Shown here one piece after another: positions 1 through 12,558 of a DNA stretch of 64,000 nucleotides. The stretch is from the NCBI RefSeq assembly GCF_006345805.1, contig NC_043015.1, positions 1,426,001 through 1,490,000 on the forward strand, in the 5' to 3' direction. Position numbers and translations under genes: made by a program. This DNA comes from Octopus sinensis. Lineage: Eukaryota. A model generated the notes under the pieces. It saw only the letters and a list, made by a program, of their open reading frames with translations, ran no database searches and was not told where the DNA came from. Numbering within the stretch: the stretch's first letter is position 1; each line of letters starts with the position of its first letter.

Positions 1-245
1 CTTTTCTCAACGACACTAAGCCTAAAAGATGTTTTATAAGGCACATTCTACCAGTGTCCGAAGTTTGAAAATGTTTATTTACAAAAAATTAATTTCTCGA
101 TCTGCCGTTCCAAGGGAAATGATCCGTATGTTACATATCTGAAGGCCCCAATAATCACATGTATTAACTGAACTTGTAATCTGGATAGTGTAGCTGGATA
201 GAGACAATAATTAAGCGACGGTATTACTGGGTAATGAGTTACAAC

Positions 246-249
246 CATC

Positions 250-335
<86 letters not shown>

Positions 336-438
336 GTCTGTCTATCTATCTATCTAGCTAGCTATCAATCTACATATCTTTCGTTGTATATTTAAATATG
401 CACTTGCCTATTTTATCTATCTCTATCTATCTATATAT

Positions 439-507
<69 letters not shown>

Positions 508-530
508 CATCCGTCTATTTATCTATCTAT
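246..530. repeat. (TATC)n tetranucleotide microsatellite, two blocks
   Basis: Directly visible tandem TATC runs at ~250-370 and ~440-510. Confidence 0.95.
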
Positions 531-807
531 TCTAAAATAATACTCAGGATGATCGACAGATTTCACGTACGATTTACGACCGATAGGAAACCATTATGAC
601 ATACGGATATATTTAAAGTACATATAATTCCGGATTATAAAAGTGTCACCATTAATATTTAAATATTTCTCTCTATTTTAGGTGATAACTTCAAAACAAG
701 TTCTTTGTTCCAGAATTAGATTCGCTGTTTCCAGTATGCACTTTAATTTATTCCTAACCAGTTTGCACGGAAAATAAATCATCATCATCATCAACATCAT
801 GATGCTC

Positions 808-846
<39 letters not shown>

Positions 847-848
847 TT

Positions 849-1470
849 AATCGCGTGCCTTCACTGCACTATCGAGCGCAGCTCTGTGTGACTTGGGTAT
901 GTGATGTGGTTTGTTGTGGTGCTCGTATTTTCAATGCACTGAAAGTGTTTTATGTAAGATGTGTGCGGTAACATATACTTGTAAGTCCTGGTGTTTTTGG
1001 TATTTTTTTTGTATCATACCTAATGCGCCCACTATGATAGGAATTGTCTCTGTTTTTAGGCGCCTCATTCGAATTACCTCTATTTCTAGATTTTTTTTTT
1101 ATTTTGATAGTTTCTCCATTTCTTTTAAAGAAACTTTGTCATCTCTTGGTATTGATACATCACTTAAAATATAATTTTTTCTTGATGATCTATGACAACT
1201 AATATCTGGCCTATTGGCCTTAATTTCTCTATATGTGTGTATTAGCATATCCCATAGCATGGTTGCTTTCTCCTTTTCTGTGACCTTTTCTGGCGTGTAC
1301 TTATACCATCATTTTTCTGTTGTTATTCCATAGTCTTGGCATAGCTTCCACTGTATATAGGTCCCAAATTTGTCGCGTCTGTGAATATATTCCTTTATAG
1401 CCAGGACTGAGCAGCCAGATAATATATGATTTATTGTTTCTTCTCCATCAACTCATAACCTGAAGTTACA
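849..1470 (-). mobile_element. 3' fragment of R4/Dong-clade non-LTR retrotransposon (CCHC knuckle + restriction-like endonuclease), degenerate, ending in (TAA)n
   Basis: The minus strand translates to ..GEETINHILSGCSVLAIKEYIHRRDK..WKLCQDYG..MLWDM..REIKANRPDI..DVSIP..KEMEKLSK..LKTETIPIIVGALG, with stops and frameshifts. The 3' UTR is shared with the 48988 copy, and (TTA)n at ~808-846 lies at the element's 3' end. Confidence 0.85.
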
Positions 1471-1812
1471 TCGACCCCCAGTGCGTAACTGGTACTTATA
1501 TAATCGACCCCGAAAGGATGAAAGGCAAAGTCGACCTCGGCGGAATTTGAACTCAGAACGTAACGGCACACGAAATACCTATTTCTTTATTACCCACTAG
1601 GGGCTAAACATAGAGGAGACAGACATGGACAGACATAGGTATTAAGTCGATTATATCGACCCCAGTGCTTAACTGGTACTTAATTTATTGACCCCGAAAG
1701 GATGAAAAGCAAAGTCGACCTCGGCGGAATTTGAACTCAGAGCGTAACGGTAGATGAAATGCCGCCAAGCATTTCGCTCGTCGTGTTAACGCTTCTGCCA
1801 GCTCGCCGCCTT
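1471..1812 (-). mobile_element. SINE family A (tRNA-derived, Meta-like central domain), internally duplicated form
   Basis: Reverse complement of GGCGGCGAGCTGGCAGAA..GAGTTCAAATTCCGCCGAGGTCGACTTTGCCTTTCATCCTTTCGGGGTCGATAAATTAAGTACCAG. The body is present twice, and the same sequence recurs more than 15 times in the window. Confidence 0.85.
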
Positions 1813-2479
1813 CCTCATATATTATTCTATAACTTAAATACTATGAAGGTGCGGCACAGCTGGCAACACAACTCCTCAGTGTAGTTTAATCCAATACATT
1901 AGAGTCTTAATATGCTATCACATACAAAATAGATTTTTACGTATAAATTTTTTTATCATTTTTACGTATTTGTAAATATATATAACTTGAAAAAGTGAAA
2001 GATATAACTGAATGCGGTTGGTTAGATACGGGTAGTTAAATGCGCCCTGGTAAATGTAAATAAAGATAATTTCTAAAATGAGTTTTTTCGGTGTCAGCTG
2101 AAGCAAATCATTGATGTGGGTTTGTCTGAAGAGCAAAGGGCTGGTGACATTTGGCAGATATTTCACTTCTATTTCATATTCGGTGTATATAAAATATGGC
2201 CATATTGGACCTACAAAAGCGTACAAACACAGACACATATACGAACACGAGCACATACTCACACAAAGATATGTATTTATGTATAGTCTAAAGTAACGAA
2301 CAAGAAATCAATAAAGAAAACTATTGACAGTGGAATAATTTCTCTCAGACAATCATTACTATTGAAGCTATATCAACGGTTTCGTTTTGAATCTTAAAGC
2401 AAATTAAAACTTCATATTGCATAACCCTGATACAGCGCGTATATTACCGAAGTTGGATGTATGCATATCTAACTGCCTG

Positions 2480-2739
2480 TGGAGGCGCGTGGCTTAATGG
2501 TTACGGTGTCAGTATCATGATCATAAGTTTGTGGTTTCGATTCCTGGACCAGGCGACGCGTTGTGTTCTTGAGCAAAACAATTTATTTAACGTTGCTCCA
2601 CTCCACTCAGCTGGCAAAAATGAGTAACGCTGCGATGGACTGGTGTCCCGTCCAGCTGGGGAACACATACGCCATTGAAACCGGGAAACGGGGCCTATAA
2701 GCCCAGGTAGGCTTTAAAAGGGGGCATGTATTCATTATG
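2480..2739 (+). mobile_element. SINE family B head with 'CTGCGATGGACTGG..GAAACCGGGAAAC' tail, with TSD
   Basis: Pol III A-box TGGCTTAATGG and B-box GTTTCGATTCC. A 12-bp direct repeat TCTAACTGCCTG lies at 2468-2479 and 2740-2751. Confidence 0.85.
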
Positions 2740-2807
2740 TCTAACTGCCTGCCTGCCTGCCTACCTACCTACCTACCTACCAAACTACATACGTATCTAC
2801 GTATGTA

Positions 2808-4067
2808 CAAGGGATGGACAAAATAATAGAAACACCTAGGGGCATAGATTCATAATTTTGAAATATTTATAAAACCGTCAAAAGCTTGTTTATTTTTATG
2901 TTTTTTGATTTATTAGTGTTGTTTAATATGGTTTGCTAACATTGCTGTTTCTTTTCAGATATCATCACAAAACGGTAATTGAAATTTATTAAAATGACAG
3001 ATCTACCGGATTTTCAGGGAGGTCAAATTGTTGGTGCTCACATGGCTGGCGCTAGCGTAACGATAACAGCCGAAATGTTTGGTGTATCAAGAAGTACTTT
3101 ATTGAAAGTAATGACAGCCTTTGAAAAAGAGGAAAAAACCTCCTCGTCGAAACAAAATTCCGGAAGAAACCAAAACATTCAGATAGGGACCGTCGGACTC
3201 TTACACGAATTTTTAGAAAGGATCACAAAAGTACAGCTTCCAAAATTACTGCAGAGTTTAATGATCACCTTGAGAACCCAGTTTCCGCCAAAACTGTTCA
3301 CCGGGAGCTGTGCGAAGCCGAATTTCATGGGAGGGAGGCAATGAGAAAACCACTACTTTCAAAAACAAATGCTACAAAGCGTTTAGAGAGGAGTAAAAAC
3401 CTACAGATTTGGTCATTAGAGCAGTGGAAGAAAGTTATTTTCTCGGACGTGTCATTCTTTATATTATTTTGACCACCGACCGAGTATACGTGTGGAGACA
3501 GTCAAAAGAATCATTTGAGCCAGACTGCCTTCTTCCAATTATTAAACATTGAGGAGGATCTGTGATGATTTGCGGGGGCTATATCTTGGAAATCCGCCAG
3601 CCCAATGGTTTCCCTACATGGCAGAAAATAACTATTTAAGCACGTTATCTGATCAAATTCATGTTGTGGCTGCGGAACCGTTTCTGGAGAGAAACGCAAT
3701 CATTCAGGATCATAATGCACCAATTCACAGGGCTGAAGTTGTTACTGAATGTCACGAGGAGCATTCTGGTGAAGCTGAACAGCTTATCTGACCACCAAAA
3801 TCCCCAGATCTCAATGTTATTGACCATTTAAGTGCATTTTAGAAAAACAAGTAAGGAGACGATATCCTCCACCATCATCACTACAAGAACTGGAGACTGT
3901 TTTAGCTGAAGAATGGAGGAAATTTCCTTTGGAAACAATTCAAACTTTGTACAAGTCCATATCTCGTAGAATTCAAGCTGTAATTACTGTCAAAAGTGGT
4001 CCTGCCCCATATTAAAATACATTTGTTGGAAATTTTAAGTTGTTTCAATTATTTTGTCCACACCCTG
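2808..4067 (+). mobile_element. Full-length Tc1-like DNA transposon (DD36E spacing, Incomer-like), non-functional
   Basis: 27-bp TIRs at 2808-2834 (CAAGGGATGGACAAAATAATAGAAACA) and 4041-4067 match at 23/27 positions. TA flanks both ends, the length is 1260 bp, and there is an internal transposase remnant. Confidence 0.92.
2994..4015 (+). pseudogene. Tc1-family transposase pseudogene
   Basis: MTDLPDFQGGQIVGAHMAGASVT..AEMFGVSRST (HTH), KVIFSDVS, IQDHNAPIH, *PPKSPDLNVIDH and C-terminal GPAPY*. There are several frameshifts and stops. Confidence 0.9.
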
Positions 4068-4078
4068 TATGTATGTAC

Positions 4079-4175
<97 letters not shown>

Positions 4176-4333
4176 CATCTATCTACCTATCCGTCTCCTT
4201 GTCGGTCTAAGTAAACTTGTGTATACATACGCACACACATACGTATACAAACATATGTATACATACGCACACACAAACTCACACACACTCACGTATATAT
4301 ATGTGTGCGTATATCTATGTATCTATGTATGTA

Positions 4334-4417
<84 letters not shown>

Positions 4418-4428
4418 TACATACATAG

Positions 4429-4465
<37 letters not shown>
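4079..4465. repeat. Compound microsatellite (TATC)n/(CT)n/(AT)n/(AG)n
   Basis: Directly visible; accounts for ORFs 3996-4598. Confidence 0.95.
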
Positions 4466-4468
<3 letters not shown>

Positions 4469-5086
4469 ACATATATCTATATATCAATATATATTTGTAT
4501 CTATGTGTTTGTGTGTGCTGAGCAAATACAACGTGTTGCTTATTTCGTCTTATTTCTTAATATCTTCCTCCACAAATACAATATATATTGCTAAATAGTA
4601 AATCTTTATTACACTTCTGTGCATTTGAAAAATAAAAATGGGCGTGGAGGTGTCTTTGCACCTTGATCACGTCTATGACGTGCACCACTAATTAAACACA
4701 AAAATATATGTGGGTCACCCATCAGCGCTCCACTGACATACACAGACGTAATTCACTATATATGTGTTTGTGTGTGTGTGTGTGTGTGTATGTGTGTGTG
4801 TGCGTTTACGTCAATTGGTATACGTATTTACGAAGACGTAACACATACTGACATCCGCTACTGATGCACTGTGACGTATATGGACACAAACACATTCTTA
4901 TGTAACCGCATACCTACCCATTTATTACTGCTCGGTTCAGTGAAATACAGGAAATCGAGTTATTATCAACTTGAAAACCTATCTCACACCCAGTACACAC
5001 ACACACACATTCACACACACACACACACGCATACACACGCACGCAAGCATACACGTCAATGAACACACCAGATAGGATATGATTAA

Positions 5087-5284
5087 CCCATTAGCGCCCA
5101 TGGGATAATCCATCATATTTCTACGACACCTGTATTTTTCTGATATATCTTTAGTCTTCATAGCTGGAGTGTCTTTCAAATATTGTAATAAAAATTTCTT
5201 TATATATTTAGTATCAGATACAGTTGTGTAAAAAATCAAATAATAATAGTAACAAATTACATAAAAGATCTGAGCACTAATGGG
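5087..5284. mobile_element. piggyBac-type MITE (198 bp)
   Basis: TTAA at 5083-5086 and 5285-5288. Terminal inverted repeats CCCATTAGCGCCCA / TGAGCACTAATGGG match at 12/14 positions and start with CCC. Confidence 0.8.
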
Positions 5285-5767
5285 TTAAGATTTTAAAATT
5301 ACAATTCATATTTGAAACAATGAATATATTAGGGTAAATTCTAACTATAGCATACACATTCGCATATACAAACATATACACCTCTAAGTATGCATAAAAC
5401 AAAACATACATGTCTATAATCTGACATAAAATACATGCACACACGCAGGTAGACGCAGGTGCAAGCACACTTACATACATATATGCATGTATATACATGC
5501 ATATATACATTCATGGGCGCATACATATATACTTATATATGTATATGCATGCTTGAATGCAGACATATATTTTACAAACATACACACACACATGCATGGA
5601 TGTATACATGCATACATGCATACATACATGCACACATGGATGCATACATACATCTATACATACATCTATACATGAATACATACATCTATACATGAATACA
5701 TACATGCATGCATACATATATACATGAGTGCATACATACGTATATACGTACACATTTTAAAAAAACA

Positions 5768-5998
5768 AGGCGGCGAGCTGTCAGAAACGTTAGCACGCCG
5801 GGCGAAATGCGTTGCCGTATTTCGTCTGTCGTTACGTTCGAAGTTCAAATTCCGCCGAGGTCGACTTTGCCTTTCATCCTTTCGGGGTCGATAAATTAAG
5901 TACCAGATAAGCACTAGGTTCGATGTAATCTACTTAATCCCTGTGTCTGTCCTTGTTTGTCCCCTCTGTGTTTAGCCCTTTGTGGGTAGTAAAGAAAT
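5768..5998 (+). mobile_element. SINE family A, single-body form
   Basis: AGGCGGCGAGCTGTCAGAAACGTTAGCACGCCGGGCG..GCCTTTCATCCTTTCGGGGTCGATAAATTAAGTACCAG..GTAATAAAGAAATA-like end. Confidence 0.85.
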
Positions 5999-7224
5999 AT
6001 ATACGTATATACGTACAAACTTACACACATCCATACATACATGCAAACATACATATATACATATAAACTTATACACATCCATACATGCATACATGGATGC
6101 ATGTATGAATGCATACATACATGCATGCATACATATATACATGAGAGCATGCATATATATACATACAAACTGACACACATGCATACATACAAGCATACAT
6201 GGATGCATACATGAATCCATACATGAATACATACATAAATACATACAAACTTATATATATACATACATACATGAGTGCATACTTACATAAATACAAACGA
6301 ACTCACACACACACTTGCATACATACATACATGCATACACTAGTAACTAGCTGAAACTACCGAAATTACAACTAAAGAGTCTTGCTTCTGTTTTGGAAGC
6401 CGACTCCTTCTCAATTAATAGACAAATGCTAAAAATAAAATTACAACATATATACACAAACAAACATGCGTATGCAACCTCAGTTATTACGGCATCGGAT
6501 ATTTAGATTGGATCAATCAAACGACGAAGATAATCATTTAGACGCCGACGAGTCGTTTATTGATAACTAATGCTGACAAATAACAAATCTGTAGAGGGCA
6601 AAGGTGAGAACTATATCAGTAAATTCTGTAAGCGACTCTCAGAAGGTTTGCCAGAGTTGAAGATCACATTTTAATTTGTGTTATTGAATAATGTCCCTAA
6701 CTTCATACAATCGGTGGTGTGCAATTATATGGAAATATCCTAAGATGTTTCATACATCTCTTGTTTCTAGAGGGGTATACCACCCACACAGATATAGATA
6801 TACATACTCACACACGCACACACACTCACATACACATACATATACACACACACAAACGCACGCACGCATATACGCTCGCACACATACGTATATATATGTA
6901 TATATGTGTAGGTACATACGTACATATATATTTGTATATGTATGTATATATAATATATATGTATATATATGTATGCATGTATGAATATATATGTGTGTGT
7001 GTGTATAAATATATGTATGCATGTATGAATATATATGTGTGTGTGTGTATAAATATATGTATGCATGTGTATATATATATATGCATGTATGTATATACGT
7101 ATATATGGGTGTGTATATATATATGTATGTGTGTGTATGCATGTATATATATATATATATAGATGCATATATGTATATATCTATGTATACATATTTGCTA
7201 TTGACAAGTGAATGGTTAGCTAAA

Positions 7225-7620
7225 ATGTTAAATATTTCAAGTGCAATATTCCAAGGTGACAGTCTGTCTATGCTTCTGTTTATTTTGGTACTACATCCTC
7301 TGAGAGTTTCTATAACAAAATCCAAATAGACCGTGTTCAGGACCCTACACTGGCAAGATGCACCAACGAAATTTAAAATATCTACACAAGAAATGTATTA
7401 ACAATGCCGTGGAGCAACTAAATTTAGTTAGAATGTCATCATTATTAAGTGATATGCCGATGTAATTTCCCAAATGAAATGTTCGTATTTGACATCTGGA
7501 CACGGAAAAACAACAATTTTGCATTAGCGGATTCCCTATCATTCCTGTGGTACACAATCAGTACAATCAAATACAGAGACTTTGAGAAAAATATATATTA
7601 TAATGTTGCTGTGAATAAAG
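7225..7620 (+). mobile_element. Degenerate reverse-transcriptase fragment of an R4/Dong-like LINE
   Basis: LNISSAIFQGDSLSMLLFILVLHPL matches the non-LTR RT 'GIFQGDSLSPLLF' motif. The downstream RKNNNFALADSLSFLWYTISTIKY weakly resembles the post-RT 'NKI.AIN..A.P...Y....I.W' block. Confidence 0.65.
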
Positions 7621-8058
7621 ATTTAGAAAACCAAAAAGATTAGCCCAAACTTTTTGCAAAAGGTATTTTCAATCCTGCCCTTGAGACAAGATGCTACCTC
7701 GAAATATATGTGCAAAACCGGTCCTGAAAGTATAATTTCGGATACAGAAGCAGCTTTATTAAAAAGGTGTATCGCAAAAAGAAAACAGAAAACGTCGTTG
7801 AAAAGGGTCTAAGGTCAGCATAATTTGTCTCACATTCTATCAAAAGGGTAGCATATGTTAAAATATCAAAACAAGAATATAGAAACCAAGTAAGTGGTTA
7901 AAAGCGAACAAGAGAATGGGGTCTATTATGAACTTCTTAAGAAGAGCTTAATTTCCATTTACTTCTCACAAAATGAGGTATTACTATATATTCATAATTA
8001 TATGCAAACATTCATACACACATATGTATTTATCATACAAGTATACAATCAATTGTTA

Positions 8059-8128
<70 letters not shown>

Positions 8129-9441
8129 GGGTAAAATTAATTAAATAATTAATAATTAATAATTCCACCAAGTAGTGGTTCGGTATGTAAAAGACAGTTA
8201 TCGGTAAATTTAAGCAATATTTATTATAATAAGGGTTAGGCAAAAGATAATGAGGTATTACTATATACGCTTTAGGATTACTATATTACTATATACGCTT
8301 TAGGAGACGCCGGGTTTTCGAGCTTTTACGAGATTCAGTTTGTTTATGCGTTTTCGCTTTACGAACGTTCTCCAGCAACGAATTAACTCCTGTATCAAGG
8401 CATTGCTTTATAAATTGTTCTTTGCAATTGACCATATCATTGTTCACGAAAGGCATAATATCGGCTGAGTCATAAAGGGAGTTTCAGATATACTGTGCCG
8501 ATATAATCTTCCATTTTTTAGTCGTAAACAACTTTGCCTTTTATGTGTAAGTGTTGGTGGACAGATAAAATACTGGCATATACTGAAATTGCTTGGTCTT
8601 CAAACTGAATACGCTGTCCATATCTCGCTCAAAAGTGAGGGCTCACGACATGTCATACGACACATTTGTTAGAAAAACAAGAAAAATATGTACAGCCGAC
8701 TGTCATCTAGGAAACATTCGGATATTTCACAGGAATGGAACACCAGCTGCAGAGTTTGTGCTTGAGGTGGCATTCACACGAACTGGATTGAGCCGGTTCC
8801 GACCAGCGAGTTCACCATATCGATCACGAATGCGGACCATATGCGATGGTCGACTGGAAGGATAATTCGGACGCCATGGCCGTTGTCGACATTAGCTTTC
8901 GAGGAGTTGAGTTCATATTCGGTTCAAGTAGAGTTCCTGTTGTTCCCGGTCACATGTATTCACACTCTGGGATATTGTGATACGTAAGAGCTCATTTTGC
9001 CGAGTATTGCCGTCCGTCGCAAAGGTTTCGCTGACCAAGTAAACCACCGATTATCTGAGCGGACGTAACCTGTGTTTCAACGTCTTCTATGAAAGAATAT
9101 ATATATAATATATACCTAATAATAACTACGCTGACGACGACGATAATGATGAGAAGACATAAGGAACGAGAACAATAACTGAGTCAACTGTCAACGAATT
9201 TAGCTTGGTGTCTTTATACCATTCACTACACTTTCGTTTCTTATCTTAGGTGCCTTTGTACTTAGGACGAAATAGGTATCTACTCCGTTCCCTCACTTTT
9301 GGCTCTGCGGGACATTGAGATTGGGGCAAAGAGATAAAGAAGGAAAGAGAGAGGAGAGACAGACAGACAGACAGACAGACAGAAACCGTGTGACAGAAAG
9401 AAAGAGAGAAAGAGAGAGTAGAGTGTGTGTGTTTGTGTTTG

Positions 9442-9474
<33 letters not shown>

Positions 9475-9994
9475 TAGTGAGAGAGAGAGAGAGAGAGAGA
9501 GAAGGTAGTGTGTGTGTGCGGAGATAGAGAAACGGGTGTATCATCACAGACCTGGCTCTTATTACAGATGAGTAGAGAGATCAACATAAAATCTACTGCC
9601 TTGCTCAAGGAGATATCGCACCGCTTGCCCCAGGATTGAACTTATAAATTTAGAGTCCTCAGCCAATATTCCAGCCGGCAGAAAGAGCGTTTTCAGAACA
9701 TAATACAAAAACAGCACCAATATTTGAACGAATTCCTTTAGACCCTAGCAAAATGGTTCTGTTAGATATATCACCATAATATCTTTATACACATACTGAC
9801 AACTTTATATGCGGATGGAAATATTGGATAACATACATGCGATTGAGAATATAAGATAAAAATAAGATGGCCGGCTTCAAACAAATTTAGCGCTATTTTC
9901 GATAACGGCAAATCTAAATTTAAATAGTAAAAACGATGACGCCACTACCAACGACAAAATCATTAAAGGTAACATAAATAACGAAGGAAGATGT

Positions 9995-10205
9995 CTGTAG
10001 GTGTGCTGTTAGAAATAACAACCAAATGTCCCTGAAATCGAAGTCTTTTATACTAGAAAGTTTTATACTAGAAAGGGGACTGTGAATAATTAATTATCTC
10101 ATGGATTTTCTTCAAATAAATAAAATACCAGTTGGTGATAGATGGAATGTGTGTAAGCATAGATCCACAGGATCGGAATTTACCTGGGGTTAAACAACAT
10201 CAACG
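9995..10205 (+). mobile_element. Old degenerate SINE-like repeat (related copy at ~46090-46350)
   Basis: GTTAGAAATAACAACCAAAT..GGAATG..ACCTGGGGTTAAACAAC, with a loosely similar block near 46120-46340 ending in (AAC)n. Confidence 0.4.
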
Positions 10206-10805
10206 GCAATGACAATAAAAATGAAGACAACTTCACCGCCATGAACGAAAAACAAAAACCAGTGAAATAACAACGTGCGCAATAATAAGAACGGCAAAAG
10301 CACTCAAGAGACAGCGTTAGCGCGCTGCCGGCGCGCAGTAGCTCATAATACAAGACCAACTATATCAACAACATTGCCGCAAGGAATGGCAGAAATTGCT
10401 AGAAGCAATCACAGAAAATAATGGAAGTATTTACTTTAGGAATTTTTTTGTAATTTTTTCTATTTCTATTTCAAAACATTGAGATTTCCACCGCTTTTAA
10501 AGCTACAATCACCGACCAATCATCAAACAAACAATTCCATCTAAAAACGATCTTAAAATACATTCTCTGCAGCACAGCGGGCAATTGTACACACAAGGCA
10601 GATATAATTTATACACACACACACACAAACACACAAACATACAAACACAACCGCGCACACCCCTTTCTCATTCACAAAAACAGACACACACAGACACATA
10701 GACATACGCGCGTGCGAACGCACATATATGTATATTTATAAATATATACATATATAAATACAAATAAGCAGGCAAGTACATACGGTCACACACACACACA
10801 CACAC

Positions 10806-10843
<38 letters not shown>

Positions 10844-10919
10844 CACACGCATTTACATGGTATTTACATCATATGTGTATTGATGTGCGTTATATGTGTA
10901 TATACACATTATTTTTATT

Positions 10920-10975
<56 letters not shown>

Positions 10976-10979
10976 TATA

Positions 10980-11036
<57 letters not shown>

Positions 11037-11358
11037 GCATGTATGTATGTGTATATATTAATATATATATAAATATATATGTGTGTGAATTCATCAAAGT
11101 TATATCTATGTACAGTAAAGCGTATATCAAAAGAATGCAAAATATATTGAAATATTATAAATCCTCACTGTGTGTTACCGACAAAAGTAGACTCATCCCT
11201 CCCATATGCAGAGAAAAGACGGATCAAGTCCCACGACACAGCGTTTTCTATCCATCAGAGAAGACGTGGCTGTCTTACGTCACCAGTGAACAGCGTAGGT
11301 CAGCTGTTCACAAAGCTGCCTTACACCTTCGATAAGAATGGTAGTATTTAATCTAATG

Positions 11359-11740
11359 AGGCAGCGAGCTGGCAGAAACGATAGCACATCGGGCGAAATA
11401 CTTAGCGGTATTTCGTGTGCCGCTACGTTCTGAGTTCAAATTCCGCCGAGGTCGACTTTGCCTTTCATCCTTTCGGAGTCGATAAATTAAGTAGCAGTTG
11501 CACACTGGGGTCGATGTAAGCGACTTAATACGTTCGTCTGTCCTTGTTTGTCCTCTCTGTGTTTAGCCCCTTGTGAGTAGTAAAGAAATAGGTATTTCGT
11601 CTGCCGCTACGTTCTGAGTTCAAATTCCGCCGAGGTCGACTTTGCCTTTCATCCTTTCGGGGTCGATAAATTAAATACCAGTTTTCGTACTGGGATCGAT
11701 CCTATCGACTAACCACGCTCCCCTAAAATTTTGGACCTGT
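11359..11740 (+). mobile_element. SINE family A, internally duplicated form
   Basis: Two tandem copies of the GTTCTGAGTTCAAATTCCGCCGAGGTCGACTTTGCCTTTCATCCTTTCGG body, followed by a CCCCTAAAATTTTGGACCTGTG tail. Confidence 0.88.
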
Positions 11741-11985
11741 GAGCGCACCTTGGACAAGCACGTCTGACAGCACATCCATGCCTGTAGAGTTTATCTCGAA
11801 CTGGTAACTCCCTCCGGTAGCACTGCCAGGCCAAGGACATCTGGAACTTATCCATGATAGTTCCACCGGAAATTCCTCCGGAACAGATTGGCCAGTTCGA
11901 TCATATCGGTGCTCAGAGTCTCCTCGAGAACGTCGTCGCATTTCCCCATCACTAATCTATAAATTTCCAAAGCCGAATGATAAGG
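11741..11985 (-). mobile_element. L1/Tx1-clade LINE ORF2 C-terminal (zf-RVT) fragment
   Basis: The minus strand reads LEIYRLVMGKCDDVLEETL..ELANLFRRNF, then after a frameshift MDKFQMSLAWQCYRRELPVRDKLYRHGCAVRRACPRCAH. This is the 'LAW....LP.RD.L...CPRC' zf-RVT pattern, truncated at the SINE. Confidence 0.7.
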
Positions 11986-12558
11986 CGATCGGAGAATGGC
12001 ATAAAAAGAAACACAGTAACCGCCAGGATTATATAACCGTTAAAACACATACACAAATATGTCTATAGATATGTATGTATATGTGCAAAGGTACCTGTAT
12101 GGATGGATGGATGTGTAAAAATAAAATCCATTAACAATCCCTGGTTACTATGTCGATGGAGAATGACTGGTGGACGCTTCCGAAGCCATTGCTGACAAGC
12201 AACTTCCTCTTCGGTCAAGTTTCGTCAAAAGTGGATGGAGAGAGAAAAGAATTGCAAGGTGACATTTGAGAAAGATGCTACGAGGAATGGAGCAATTCTA
12301 GGGTCTTATAACAGTTTGTCGAGTAAATCAAGACTGATCCTCACTGAGGGTGATGTCTTGATTGACATTAGCTAGATGCCCTTTTTTATCCTAATAACTA
12401 CCTCATCCATCCATTCACACCTTTTGTAAGCTATGTATGGAGTTCATCTCATGTACCGTTACCTACACCTTTCATTCCTTATCAATTTTATACAAATATA
12501 ATAAACGTCTTTCATTAGTTATAATGTGTCCTTGGCCTGTTCCTCTATTCCGGTAAAT

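Noticed and set aside
9010-9065. Minus-strand GTCCG..CGGAC stem with CAGATAA..GAAAC resembling a hammerhead
   Set aside because: Two core mismatches, no stem II and no UH triplet in register.
12130-12510. Possible L1/Tx1 3' end (KFRQKW motif, AATAAA)
   Set aside because: Only a short motif supports it, which is too weak to list as a feature.
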